A stretch of 64,000 bases of DNA from the human T2T-CHM13v2.0 reference genome, Homo sapiens (GCF_009914755.1 NC_060928.1); one strand, 5' to 3'; positions 39,037-52,880 are shown, numbered from the stretch's first letter. The notes: a model not told the origin generated them from the sequence alone. Numbers and translations: made by a program.

Positions 39037-41710
39037 CAGGCAAACCTTCTTTATTGTGCTTAGCTTTATTGCACTTCACAGGCGTTGCATTTTGTACATG
39101 TTGAAGGTCTGTGGCAACCCTGCATTGAGCAAGTTTATTGAGAACATTTTTCCAACAGCATTTGCTCACTTTGTCTCTGTGTCACATTTTGGTAAATCTT
39201 GCAGTATTTCAAAATTTTTTATTGCAATTATTTCTGTTGTGGTTCTCTGTGACCAGTGGTCATTGTTGTTACATTGTAAATGTTTTGAGATGCCACAAAC
39301 TGTGTTCATAAACAAGGGTGAACTTAATCGATGAATGTGTGTGTGTGTTTTGAATGCTCCACTGACTGGTCATTCTTTTATCTGCCTCCTTCTCTTTGGG
39401 CCTCCCTATTCTCTGAGATATAATAATATTGAAATTAGGCCAATTAATAACCCTACAATGGCCTCAAAGTGTTCAAATGAGAGGAAGGGTCACATGTCTC
39501 TTATGCTAAATCTAAAGTTTGAGGGTGAGAGAGGTCAGAAGCTATGTCTCTTGCACCAAACAGTTAACCAAGTTGTGAATGCAAAAATAAAATAAAATTT
39601 AAAAAGTTCTGGAAGCAACCAGAAGCGCTATTCCAGTGAATACACAAGTGATAAGAAGGTAAAACAGGCTTATGGCTGGTACCGAGAAAGTTTTAGTGGT
39701 CTGGATAGATCAACTCAGTCACAGTATTGTCTTACCAAAGCCTAATCCAGAACCAAACTCTAATTCTCTTTGAAGAGTTGATTCAGTGAATGCTGAGACG
39801 AAGCTAAAGAAGAAAAGTTGGAAGATAGTAGAGGGTGGTTTATGAGGTTTAGGGAAAGAAGCCTTCTCCATAACATAAAAGTCCAAGATGAAACAGCAAG
39901 TGCTGATGTAGAAGCTGCAATAAGTTATCAAGAAAATCTAAAATAATTGATAAACATGGTTACACTAAACAACACATTTCAATATAGACAAAAAAGCCTT
40001 CTGTTGAAAGAAGATGTCATCTAGGACTTTCGTAGCTAAAGAGAATCTATGCCTGGCTTCAAAGGTTCAAAACTAGGCTAATTCTTTTATTAGGGCTAAT
40101 GCAGCTGGTGACTTTAAGCTAAAGCCAATGCTCACCATTTAAGAAAATCCTAAGGACCTTAAAAAGAATGCTAAATCTACTCTGCTTGTGTTTTATAAAT
40201 GGAATAATGAAGTCTGGGCAACAGCATATCTGTTTATAGCATAGATTACTGAATATTTTAAGCCCACTATTGAGATCTACTGCCAGAAAAAGCATGTTTT
40301 CTTTCAAAATATTATTGCTAAGTGGCAATGCAAATAGTCACTGAAGAGTTTTGATGGAGATATACAAGAAGATTAATATTGTTTTCATGCCTGCTAACAC
40401 CATATTCATTCTGAAGTCCATGGTTTAAGTAGTAATTTCAACTTTCAAGTCTTACATAAAAAATACATATTGCAAGGCTATAGCTGCCATGGTGATCCTC
40501 TGATAGATGTGAATAAAGTAAGTTAAAATCCTTCTGGAGAAGATTCACAATCTAGATGCCACAGAGCATTTGTGATTCATGGGAAGAGGTCAAAATCAAC
40601 ATTAACAGGAATAGTATGAAGGAAGTTGATTCCATCCCTCATGGATGACTTTGAAAGGTTCAAGATTTCACCAGAGGAAGTAACTGCAGATGTGGTAGAA
40701 ACAGCAAGAGAACTAGAATTAGAAGTGGAACCTGAATATGTGACTTAATCCTGAAATCTCATGATAAAAGTTGAATGAATTAGGAGTTGCTTCTCACAGG
40801 CGAGTAAAGAAAGTGGTTTCTTGAGTGGAATCTACCCCTAGTGGAGATGCTGTGAAAGTTGATAAAATGACAACAAATGATTTAGAATATTACATAACTG
40901 AGTTGATAAAGCAGTGGCAGGGTTTGAGAGGGTTGACTCCAATTTTGAAAGAAGCTCCACCGTAAGTAAAATGCTATCAAACAGTATGACATGCTAAAGA
41001 AAAAATTTTTATGTAAAGAAGTCAATAAATGTGGCACTTCATCATCTTATTTCAAGAAACTGCCGCAGCCACCTTAACCACCTCCCTGCTCAATCAGCAA
41101 CCATCAACATCCAGGTAAGACTCCCTACCAGCAAAAAGATTGTGATTCTGGAATCTCAGATGATCCTTTACATTTTTTTTTTTTAGCAATAAAGTATTTT
41201 TAAATTAAGATATGTGTTTGGCATGGTAGCACGTTCCTATAGTCCCAGCTACTCAGTAGGCTGAGGAAGGAAGATCACTTGAGTCCAGGAGTTCTGGGCT
41301 GTAGTGCACTATGCCAGTTGGGCATCCACACTAAGTTTGGCATCAATATGGTCACCTCCTGGGAGTGGGGGACCACCAGGTTGCCTAAGGAGGGGTGAAC
41401 TGACCCAGGTCAGAAACAGAGCAGGTTGAAACTCCCATGCTGATTAGTAGTGAGATCATGCCTGTGAATAGCCACTGCACTCCATCTTGGAAAACATAGT
41501 GAGACCTGGTCTTTCTTAAAAAAATAAATAAAGGTATGTACATTGTTTTCCATAGAATGCTACTACACACTTATGAGACTACAGCATAGTGTAAATATAA
41601 CATTTATATGCACTCAGAAACCCAAACATTTGGATGACAGCCTTTATTGCAATAATCATTTTACTGCAGTTGTCTGGAACTGAACCTGCAATGTCTTTGT
41701 GGTATGCCTG
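39037..41710 (+). mobile_element. Tigger1 DNA transposon, near full length, decayed transposase
   Basis: Termini TA|CAGGCAAACC...GGTATGCCTG; internal pogo-type transposase remnants (GCTAATGCAGCTGGTGACTTTAAG). Confidence 0.92.
41216..41515 (+). pseudogene. 7SL (SRP RNA) processed pseudogene inserted in Tigger1
   Basis: Alu domain plus S domain (GGCATCAATATGGTCACCTCC..GGACCACCAGGTTGCCTAAGGAGGGGTGAAC..CAGGTCAGAAACAGAGCAGG), A tail, TSD-like AAG(A/G)TATGT. Confidence 0.93.
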
Positions 41711-42329
41711 CATATACATGGGGCTTTGAAAAAGATGTTGCCCACAGGTTATACTTTGGAAGGAAGCTGACAAAATTTAGATGAATATGCAGTCACAATT
41801 ACTTCTCAATACTCAATGGGTAAAATGCTGAATGCTGCTCAGCATTATTGGTGGCAATAAGAAGAAAGCATATAATTTCTCAGCAAAGGTGACACATAGT
41901 GCTCATTTAAGTCAATAGAGATGATTAATAGGTTTTAGGTTAGGCACCATGTGGCACTGTAGGAGTGACGAGTTGAGTAGAATATGCTGACTCTGCTGCT
42001 GTGGATGCCGAGGAGGAAAACACATTAGTTAGTATTTCAAAATATTATCCTGTTACATTCCTGTTACATAAGTCTGCCCCCAAATTACAATAGCTGATTC
42101 TAATCATCCGTCAACTTTGATTCCGGTGTTGACAACACATTTTACAAGATGTGATTATTTTCCTTTTGTATTCAATGGGCAATCTAACATCCGCATTTGC
42201 TGTCTTCTGCTCTTTTGGGTCTATCAATGAATCAACCAGTCAATCAAACTTGGGCCCATACTAGTTTTAAATTCCCTTCCTGGATTATAAATTTGTTACA
42301 TCAATATTAACTAATGTATTATTCATTGT

Positions 42330-43000
42330 GCTTAGGCAAATACAAATCAAAATTACAATGAAATATATACCTACAAGGATGGCTATAATCAAAAGGCCAG
42401 ATGATATGAAGTGTTTCAAGGATGTGGAGAAATTGGAACCCTCATACATTGCCGGTGAAAATATAAATAATGCAACAGTTTTGGAAAACAGTTAACAGTC
42501 CTTTAAAATGTTAAAGATAGAGTTTCTATATGATCCCACAATCTCACTCTTTGATATATAACCAAGAGAATTGCAAATATATGTCCACACAAAAACTTGT
42601 TTACAAATGCTCTTAGTAGCATTATTTGTAATAACCCCAAAGTAGAAACAGCCTAAATGTTCATCAACTGATGAATGGGTAAACAAGCTGGGTTATATTC
42701 ATGTAATGGAATATTATCTAGCATAAAAAGTACTGATTTGTGCTACAATATGGATGAACCTATACTAATTTTATTATGCATAGGGAAAAAATTATGCTAA
42801 GTAAAAGAAACTAGACATTATGCTAAGTAAAAAAAATTATGTCTTGAATGATTTCCTTTATGTGAAGTGTTCAGAATAGGCAAGCAATGGGACTGAAAAA
42901 TTAGTTGTTTCCAGGACCTTGGCAAGGGGAGAATAGGGAGTGACTGCTAATAGGTGTGAGTTTGGGGAATGATTAAAATGGCTTTCTATTGAAAATAAAT
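42330..43000 (+). mobile_element. Old L1M (L1MB-ME) 3' fragment
   Basis: GGATGTGGAGAAATTGGAACCCTCATACATTGC..AAATGTTCATCAACTGATGAATGG. Confidence 0.85.
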
Positions 43001-43009
43001 AAGACATAA

Positions 43010-43540
43010 ATGCTTCATGTTGGCCCAGAAATTTCTGTATGACCTGGTCCCTACCAACCTCTCTGACCTCACTCATGCCATGTTCCCCTTTTCTAAGATC
43101 CAGCCATCAGCAGCTACTCTTAGTTATGAAAACACAGCACACTCTTTCCTGCTTCTGACTTTTACCCTCCTGTGCGTTCTGCCTGGAACCCACCTCTCTA
43201 GGCTCTTTCAGGCTTGTGTCGTTTTTATCCTTCCAGTGTCAGCTTACAATGTCACCTTCTCAGTGACCATTGTTCTAAGGTAAGCATTCCCAGCCAAGTT
43301 CCGTTTTGATCAAGTCATGAAGTTACTCTGCCTCTTTCTTAGAATCTACCACAGTCTCCACCAAAGTGGCAGGGGAGAAAGATACATTATATCTTTGCTT
43401 GTTTTATTTTTACCTCTCTCACTAAAATATGAGGAGACTTCCAGGAGAAGTTCTTGTACTGCCCTGTTCGTCATGTATCTTGATCAGTTAGCACAATGAA
43501 GGTTTTCAGTAAATAGAAATTGAGTATTTGAATGAATAAA
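43010..43540 (+). mobile_element. L2 3' fragment
   Basis: CTGTATGACCTGGTCCCTACC..ATGTCACCTTCTCAGTGA..TCAGTAAATA..TTGAATGAAT. Confidence 0.65.
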
Positions 43541-46239
43541 ATGAAAATAGAGAAAGCCAGGTGCAAATGAAGAGTCTGAAGACAGCAAAACATGAATTGA
43601 GAAAGTTTCTACCAGAGAGTGAGAAAGAGAGAGGAAAAAGGAGATAGAGAAGGAGAGGGAGAGGGATGGGAAGAGGCAATACCTGAAGAGATCAGACTAG
43701 GAAAGGTTCAAGTTATTGCTGGAGGGAACAAAAGAAAGAGCTAACCAAGACCAAATAAAAAGCTTTACACAGCAGTGAATGACCTAGTAAGATCTTGTCA
43801 ACAGATTTTCATCAATCTCCTTTTCTTTCAACCTTTCTGCTCCACTTCTCCAGGATGATTTATCCTCCTCCCAGAAGGGTGTAGTCCTTCAATGACAGCT
43901 TAGTTTTTGATACATCAAGGATTTTATCATGAACATTGAGACCTATCCAATCACCAGTTCCACAGCTACAGGCCAACCTTCAGAGAAGTCTTCCTGGAAT
44001 GCTAAGAAAAGGCTAGAGTTTTTTAGATAAAAGTTCCTCTTTTTGGTTTGTTTTTAAAATTGGTGACAATAGGTGCTGTCTTACAGATTAATTCCAAGGT
44101 ATTGTCCTCCTTTGCCACCTTGGACAGTTCCCACAAAACGTTCTAGGCCTTACTTTCTTTCAAAAATTATGCATTCATCTGAGTGCTCTGTGCAGGAAGA
44201 AAGGTGATGTAACAGTTGTCCCATATCTGTAAGAGGTATTGTCAAGGCCAGCTGATACAGGAGGGACCAATATGGACCCTTTAGTCTTCTTAGTTTGTAA
44301 AACACCTTAGTTCACATTTGACAGTCATGGGAAGGATTGCCACCACTGATTCTATCTGGGAATAGTGATGTCTGAGATGGAGATATGTTTGGCTCTTCTC
44401 TCCTCCTCTGTGCCTAAAATATCATTATGAGCCCAAAATACACAAAATCTTAAACCTAGCACATTTTAGAGACTGTAAGAAGCTAGGTGGACATTTGGTA
44501 TGTGACATGTTATTAAGTTAAAAAGTCAGTTATTTCCTAGAAATGACACATGAATTTATATTCTCATTGTTTTCTAATGCCTTAGTTTCCAGGTGGTTGA
44601 AACCAAGTTCCCCCAGTTATGTCTGATTCATCGGAACCCAGGAATGCACCACCTGGAGATCACCTGCTGCAGTAGTGTGTTTCGTCCTTGCCTCCATCCT
44701 GCCCTTTCATCACCATTCCTTGCCTCAGTGTCTAGGTCAACACTCCCTTGTGTTTAGGATTGAACAGCCCCAGAGGCTTGTCCTCCTCATTTATTCTCAA
44801 AGAAACCTCATTCATTTCATTCTTTCTCCTCTTTTTATCACCAAAAGGCCTATCCGGGGAGTGAATCCTCTCAGCTGCAAGTCTGGGACGGGACTTCATC
44901 CTACTAGAGCCCTAGCTGATTGCTTGATAGTTCTTTGGTTTACACCACAGTTGACATCCATAACAGGAAGTGAGGTTAGGCCTTTTTCTCTGTGGATGTA
45001 CATACTTAGAGGGAGCCTTTCCAAGGTGTTCACTCCACCCTTCTTTTCTCTTTCTGAGCAAAATCTTTCCCTAGAGTCCCATATCAGATATGATGTAAAC
45101 CTTGAATTTTACAGTGAAATGTTTGCTTCAAATTTAACCATGATACTGATCTGCTTCAGTGTCTGACTTAAAGATTCATTTGTTACTGGTCAATGCATCT
45201 AACATTGAGTTTTACGGAAAACCCCTGATACTTAATGACAGAGGTAAGAATGAGCTGCCTGTTGATTTGCAGTATGAGGTGTTAGAGTGCCAAATATGAG
45301 ATCTCCAGTAAAAACAATATTAATGCCCAATTATGCATTTCCATGACTGAGATCAGCCATTTCTCAGAGAAGTTTTACTAATCTGGCTACTTTAGCTCTG
45401 TTGATACCTGTGATACAAATCATAGTATTTAACATTTTGGTAAATACTGAAATTGTGAATTCGCTCCAAATCCATTCAGGCATGTTTATGAATCATAGAA
45501 GCTCTCTAAACAGTATGATTGGATGTGAGCTAATATTTAGGAGATTTACCGACCTATTAAAAGTATGTAAGTATATTGGAGAAGTGGGGAAAAATAGAAA
45601 CAAGAGAGAAAATGCATTACAATTTGTTCTAACAGAATTTTTGATCTCTTCACTCCAAGTATTGTGAGTGAATGTAAAAATATAATTCAATATCTACAAA
45701 ATGCTATAATTCATCTGTTGTGTCTCCAAATGCCAGGGTTGTAAACAGATTTCTCACTTGTGCCTTTCTTTGTCATTTGATAGCCATGTTGACTAAAGTG
45801 AGTTGCTTCCCTCTGGCAATCATTGCTGATGTTGAATAAACTTGTTCTTAACCTTTGTTATGCTGCTGGGACACACAACACTGGATAACGGCATAAAAGA
45901 CTAACAGGATGTGGTATAACTTGACGCACTAAATCCTCTGCTAAATCACACTTTTTGTTTTACTCAACTGTCTTCCTCTTTTCATTTGGCATTTCATCTG
46001 ATTAATCTTACCTCTGTTCATGAAATATAAAGGTCTAGCTAGGTCAACACTAGAAAGATTATAGTTGTTGGTATTGTACTTGCCCTTTACTCTAAATAAG
46101 TATTTTAACAGACAAGAAAGCTCTTCCTTATCTAAACATTTGTGGCAGAATAAGCTCAATGTCTTGAGTTTTCTAAATCTCTTTTTTTTCTTTTTCTCTC
46201 ATAATTCCACACTAGCCCACTGCACCTTATCATATATAA

Positions 46240-46460
46240 TAACAACTAATATTTCATGACAACTACTTTGTTCCAAGTGTGTTTTATGAATTATATTTAC
46301 CTAATCCTCCCAACAGCTATTTTTGCCCATTTTTCTGGATAAGATTATAGAGTTTAAGAGAGGTTGAGTGACTTGGCTGAAGTCACGCAGGAAATTGATG
46401 GAGCTGGAATTCAAAACCAGGCCATCTGACAGCAGAGCCCATACAGGTAACCACTGCCTG
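46240..46460 (-). mobile_element. MIR fragment
   Basis: AGAGGTTGAGTGACTTGGCTGAAGTCAC..GGAATTCAAAACCAGG. Confidence 0.65.
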
Positions 46461-46654
46461 CTATTCTTCATTGCTTCTCCTAAGGTTGGCTTTGCATGTC
46501 CACAGCTTCACCTACCAAGAAGAGGGATGGGAATTTGATCTTTTTCCAATGACAAGCAGACATGTCAGAGAAGCCACTGTGCACTTTCCAGCATCCTGCC
46601 ACCCATCTGGTTCTCTGTGCCAAGCTCGTCCACCATCTCCTTTCTCTGTATACC

Positions 46655-48010
46655 ATTCAATCATTCCTCAAAACTTTTTTTGAGTTTCTACTAATACCCA
46701 GCAATGCTAAAGACACTGAAGATATAGCTATAAGCCAAAGATTTTCTCTTGATGAGTAATTATTTTATTAGAGCTGACAATTGACAAATAAGAAAAAAAA
46801 GATTGTGTGTGTGGATGTATATAGGTTTACATATGTATTTTATATAGAGTGATCTGAGAAAGACTCTAACACAATGATATTTGAGCAAAACCCTTAAAGA
46901 AGTAAAGGAAAAATTATGCAGCTCTGGAAAAAAAATATTCCAGGCATAGAGAAAAACAGGTTCAAATATTCCAAGGCAGGAGTTTGCTTGGTATATTTAA
47001 GTAGCAATGTGGCTGAGCGGTATTAACAAGTAGTCAGGGACTGTAATATTGGAGGGTTGTGCCTTACAGGGTGTGATGAGAACTTTCGGTTTTCTTTAAG
47101 TGACATAAAATGCCATTTGGGGGATTTTTAACAAAAGAGTAAAATGATTTTTCTTTCTCTTTGAAAGTTTTTCATATGCTGTGTGAAAAAATAGAAAAAA
47201 GGAAAGCAGAGAAAGATAAAGAGAGGACAGAGTAGCCCGAGTGTAGTGGTGCACACCTGTAATTCCATCACTTTTGGAGACTGAGGCGGGCTGATCGCCT
47301 GAGGTCAGGAGTTCGAGACCAGCCTAGCAACATGGTGAAACCCCACATCTACTAAAAATACAAAAATTAGCTGGATGTGGTGGTGCATGCCTGTAGTCCC
47401 AGCTACTCAGGAGGCTGAGGCATGAGAATCACTTGAACCTGGGTGGCGAAGGTTGCAGTGGGCTGAGATCGCATCACTGCATTCCAGCCTGGGTGACAGA
47501 GAGAGACTCTGTCTCAAAAAGAAAAAAAAAGAGAGAGAGAGAGAGCAGAGAACTGTTAAAACAATTCAATTGCAAGATGATGTTGCCTCAGTCTAGAATG
47601 AAACCATAGGGCTGGTGAGAAGTTTTACAGTTGGGGGTGTCTTTGAACGGTATAGCTGACAGGACTTACTGGTGAATTGGGTGTGAAGCACAACATACAT
47701 GCTTTGGTAAGGATGACTCTGAGATTAGCCTCAGTGGAAGCATGAATTTGCCATCACTGAGATAGGGAAACTCAAGGGAAAGAAGCTTAGATGAGAAATG
47801 GCTGGGAATTTAAATTTTATTTTGGACATGTTAATGTTAGACATTTCTATTAGATTACCCAATTAAAGATATAAACAGTTGGATATAGGAATGTGTAATT
47901 CAGCAGAGAAGTTTGGGCTTACATTATATAAACATGAGAGTCACTATCACATGGATAGTATTTAGAAAGAATTGGGTTAGGTCACTAGGGGAAATGAATA
48001 TAGTAAAAAG
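46655..48010 (-). mobile_element. L2 fragment interrupted by an Alu
   Basis: CATTCAATCATTC terminus; GAATTTAAATTTTATTTTGGACATGTTAATGTTAGA L2 motif. Confidence 0.7.
47235..47530 (+). mobile_element. Alu (AluS-like)
   Basis: Full dimer, A tail grading into (GA)n. Confidence 0.95.
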
Positions 48011-48029
48011 GAAGGAGATCAGCCTCCTA

Positions 48030-48185
48030 ATAGTTTCCTATTCCTTTTGCATATCAGAATCCCCATGGAGCTTTAAAATACATACATATACCAGAGCTCC
48101 ACCACAGACCCATTGTATCAAACTCTTCAAGATCAGGGCCCAGGAATCAATTTCAATCAGCTTCCTTAGTTGATTGATTATGCAG
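48030..48185. mobile_element. MER5-type hAT relic
   Basis: GCATATCAGAATCCCCATGGAGCTTTAAAA..GGGCCCAGGAATC. Confidence 0.6.
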
Positions 48186-48907
48186 AGACTGACATGTATT
48201 AGGTAATTGGTATTATAAGTCATTCTATTGGGTTATAATAGGAATTAATTTTTAATGTTGAGAATACAGTTCTTTTCATAACCACAGACATATACTGAAA
48301 CCCAGGGTATAGTTTTCCCTTTCCTGGATTAATTCAGTAACCTTCTAACTTTTCTGGCTGCAACTATTTTTACACCTATTTTTTGGCACAATTAACACAC
48401 ATAATCTTCAATGTTATCTCATTGTTCTCAGACAACTATTCTTAACATGTCTTGCCAGACCCTGCCTGGCTTTGGCCATCCTGTCTCTCATTCTCATCAG
48501 GTACCAGGCTCCTCCTAGCTGTCGGCACTGCTGCCACAAACTGGCCTTTCTTCAGTCTCAAGTACACATCTACTTCCTTCCGTGCCCAAGTTTTGCACTT
48601 GCTGTATCCTCTGTTTAGCTGTTCCTTCTTTCATCTAATTAACTCTTAGTCATTTTTTACCTCAACTCAATCATCGCTTCCTTAGAGAAGTATTCTCTGA
48701 CTTTTCTGAGTGAGTCAAATACCACTATGGAAGTAGGTTATGAAATAGATTTAGAGAGTTATGAGCAGAACTTTTTTAAAAGGGAAATAGAATGGAATAG
48801 AAAATGTGAGTGGGTTACAGCTAACAAGGATAAGTATTATCTCGTAAACTTTTGTTTCTCTGTGTGCTAGTAGTACAACATACCCAACTTGTAACACTTT
48901 TACAGTG

Positions 48908-49102
48908 TTATATATATATATTTATATATATATATTATATATATTTATATATATATTTATATATATTTATATATATATTTTTATATATATTTATATATAT
49001 TTATATATATATTTATATATATATATTTATATATATATTTATATATATATTTATATATATATTTATATATATATTTATATATATATTTTATATATATATT
49101 TT

Positions 49103-49138
<36 letters not shown>
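48908..49138. repeat. ~205 bp pure A/T (TA)n-type repeat followed by (GA)n
   Basis: Directly visible; source of the poly-YI ORFs in the track. Confidence 0.97.
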
Positions 49139-49139
<1 letters not shown>

Positions 49140-49749
49140 GGATTATTAGTTATTGTCTGACTCTCTCATTAGACTGGAAGCCCCATGAGGGCAGAGGAGT
49201 ATGTCTGCTTGCTTTTCGTTTTATTCATAGTTTCTGATTAAATTGCTGGCTGTCATTTAAGCACTCAAAGCATTTTTTTGAGGGAAGGAGGAAAGAAAGA
49301 AGAAAGGTACGGGAATTGACATTTGGAGCAAGGTAATTTTATAATGTCACATTTTGTAGCATGACCACACCTAACTTTGCCCATGAAAATTCTGTAGGGT
49401 TGCTAACATTATATTTGAACACAGTGATGTTTTCCATGATGCTTATTCACTTTTAATAATTCTGTTAAATAAACAAATGCTTTTATTTATAAGTTTTAAG
49501 TGAAGTGCTAAGCTCAGGAAATCTGATATTATTCTAAATTCGATTATTTCTTGAAAAGAGCTTTAGAAGTCCAAGCCTTCCTGAGAACCATGGTAGAAAG
49601 AGCCTTATTTTTTTTTCTTCTGAAAATGTATGGGAAATTTAGAAATTATGTCAGAACTAACAAATTGGCATCTTATCTCTGATTGAGGATACTTTTTTCC
49701 CCTGTGAAGCTCTTTTAATCACAGTTTCCAGGCTTTTTTACTCCATCAG

Positions 49750-50290
49750 TGATTAGTTTTCTGTTTCAAGTGTCAGAACCCTAACATAATACTAGTCTCA
49801 TGAGAAAAGGTAATTAATTAGCTATTTAATTGACTAGTGCAGCTTTACAGTTTGTCTCATATGAAGCTGAACAAATTATAAAACCATAATAGTCAGTTAA
49901 ATAGCTAATTAGCTTATTAGCTATTTAACTAGGAACCAAGCATTGTCAGTCACCAAACCCTGTTTTCTTGGCTTTACCTCTAGTGCTGGCTCCATTCTCA
50001 GGTTCCATGTAGCTGCAGGATGTGACTTCAGTCCCCATATTGTCTTGAATTCACTCTAGTGAATTTACCGGTAAAATGCTTCTTTTTTCCAATAAGCTCC
50101 CAATATATCCCTGAGTCAATCACTGTGATCAGGGGAATGTGATAGTCTGATTGGCTAGACCCAAGTCATGTGCCTGGAGCAAATTCAACTTTTCAGAAAG
50201 CACGTAGACTGAGAGCGGAAGAAAATGTTTTTCCTTAGAGGGAAAACAAGGTATGGCCACCAGAAGGAAAGTGCATCAAAGACAATAGTA
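49750..50290 (-). mobile_element. Old MaLR LTR (MLT1J/K/L-like)
   Basis: TTTTCTGTTTCAAGTGTCAGAACCC start; CAATCACTGTGATCAGGGGAATG..CTGATTGGCTAGACCCAAGTCATGTGCC. Confidence 0.55.
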
Positions 50291-52036
50291 ACAGTACCTT
50301 CTCATATGCTATGCCTTTCTTAAATTATGTTTCTGCATCCATTTAGGATATTGGTATAGCTGTGTAAATCCTGCTTCCCACACTATGTTTTTATTATCTG
50401 ATTTTACTAAAAGTTTTATGCATAGCCTCCCACTCCAAGTATACTGTAATTTCTTTGTAAGTGAGCATTAGGCTATATATTGGGTGATACTTTTAACTGT
50501 GATGAGACCTTGATTTCTTCAGTGTTAAAGTAGGATCTCCCGTTCAGTCCCTAACTTATACCTGTTTTCTTGGGAATTGTATACTATTTTAGATTTTATT
50601 ATAAATAAAATGTAGTTGCCTTGAACATGGAATCAAATGATATTTCTGGGAACAGGGATGGAATTTAGCCTCAGAGAGTAGAGAGAAAGTCCTAAAGAAT
50701 AGTAAGAGTAGAGAGATGTTAAATCCTCAGAAAGGATAAGTAACTCAAGTTATAGATTCTTGTTATTATCAAATATGCTGTTTTTTTAAAAAAAAAGTTA
50801 AAATCATGATTCTGATATGTAGTGAGAAAGTGTCAAAGATTTAATCAACCCACTAATGAGGAGACTAGAGGGATGATGAAAGCTAGTTCAAAGGAAGAGA
50901 GGAGATGTGTCTGTGTGTACGTGTGAGCATGTAGATATAAGATATATAGAGATAATAATCAGTGGATAAAAGAATACTGGAACAAAATTGCAAAGCTAGA
51001 TAAAAACTGATTCACATCCTACAGGATAATAAAATTGTAACATTTGAAGTTATCTTTTCTATGGCACAGAAGTAATTTGAATCACTAGTGGATGAAAACA
51101 ATTTATAATGATCAGTCCTCTGTAACTTAACATCTAACTTTACAGAGGCTGAACATGATCAGTAATAAATAGAAAATCAAACAGAGTTATACCCCCTAGA
51201 GAGAGATTTAATTTATGTGGGCCTGTTAGATAATACTTTAATATGGCTCTATAAAGTTATGCAGTACCTTATTTCCAAATTTAAGAATTTTTTTCTTAAC
51301 ACTATAAATTAAATAACATCTAAACGCCTTGTTGAAATGAGGAAGATAATGAAGGACTATTTCAGCACAGCAGAAATATTCCAGGAATGAAGACACTTGT
51401 GTGTCACAGGGCAGGGTAAGTTGAGGAGGAAGTAATCAGTTCTCCATGACCATGTATTTGGCCTAACCAAATTGAAAATACAACTTAGCAATGGGCCAGC
51501 TGCTGGAAGACTGGGAGCAGAGTCCTCTTAGGAAATTGACTCTAAACGTGTTTGCCTAGCCAATTGAGATGGCCCATTACTGGGGGCCAGGGTGGGGGGT
51601 GGGGGGGCTTGCAAAGGCTTTAAGCTTACATTCATGACATATACCCCTTAATTTGTCATCTTTGTCATCTATTTCCCAGGGGCTTCCAAAATAAAAGTGT
51701 GATTAACTAATAATAGGTGAATGGAAGAAAATATTCAAGGCCAGGGAGAGAGATGAAGTCCCAGTAATTTTTAAGTTCCATGACCAGGACACCTATTATT
51801 GCATCCACAGATAACATCAATCTATTCTTTGTATGTCATAATTTAATAGCTTAGAAACTGGCACCTGTTTCTTTCTAGTTGAAAAAGGAGTTATGTTCTC
51901 ACTCTATGCGTGGCGGTATCCATATCCTGTCTTGGTACTTTCTACGCTTTCCATTCCTGTTGAAGCTTTCGCTAACTTCCTTGTGAGGCTGGGAATTTTC
52001 CCCAGGACTTCTATGGATTCAACAGCAGATACATAA

Positions 52037-52437
<401 letters not shown>

Positions 52438-52674
52438 ACAATACATTCTTAAAGGCTTAAAAGATCTATGAGGGCCACAGCCATATTTGATGTTAGATTA
52501 AATGGACTTTGGGTAGGGAAATTCTAAGAAAGATATTTACTGCCTCTTTGAAAATATGGTAAATGCAAAGCTGGCTCTTCTGTTTATCATATTGATAGTC
52601 CTCACAGAAATAAATTTGGCTCTCAAATTGTGGAAACGTGATTTTTGTTAATTTTGTTTAAAACTTCTGTGTTT

Positions 52675-52880
52675 TGGGAGGGGAACAACACACAGTGGGG
52701 CCTGTCGGGGGGTGGGAGGCAAGGGGAGGAAGAGCATTAGGACAAATACCTAATGCATGAGGGCTTAAAACCTAGATGACGAGTTGATAGGTGCAGCAAA
52801 CCACCATGGCACACGTATACCTATGTAACAAGCCTGCACATTCTGCATATCTATCCTGGAACTTAAAATTAAAAAAAATT
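52675..52880 (+). mobile_element. L1PA (PA7/8-like) 3' end, heavily 5'-truncated
   Basis: GGGAACAACACACAGTGGGGCCTGTCGG..GCAGCAAACCACCATGGCACACG; TSD-like CTGTGTTTT. Confidence 0.9.

Noticed and set aside
44675-45166. 163-aa + strand ORF
   Set aside because: GTG start, no recognisable domain, no promoter or splice context.
48852-49237. Tyr/Ile-repeat ORFs
   Set aside because: Translation of the (TA)n-type repeat.
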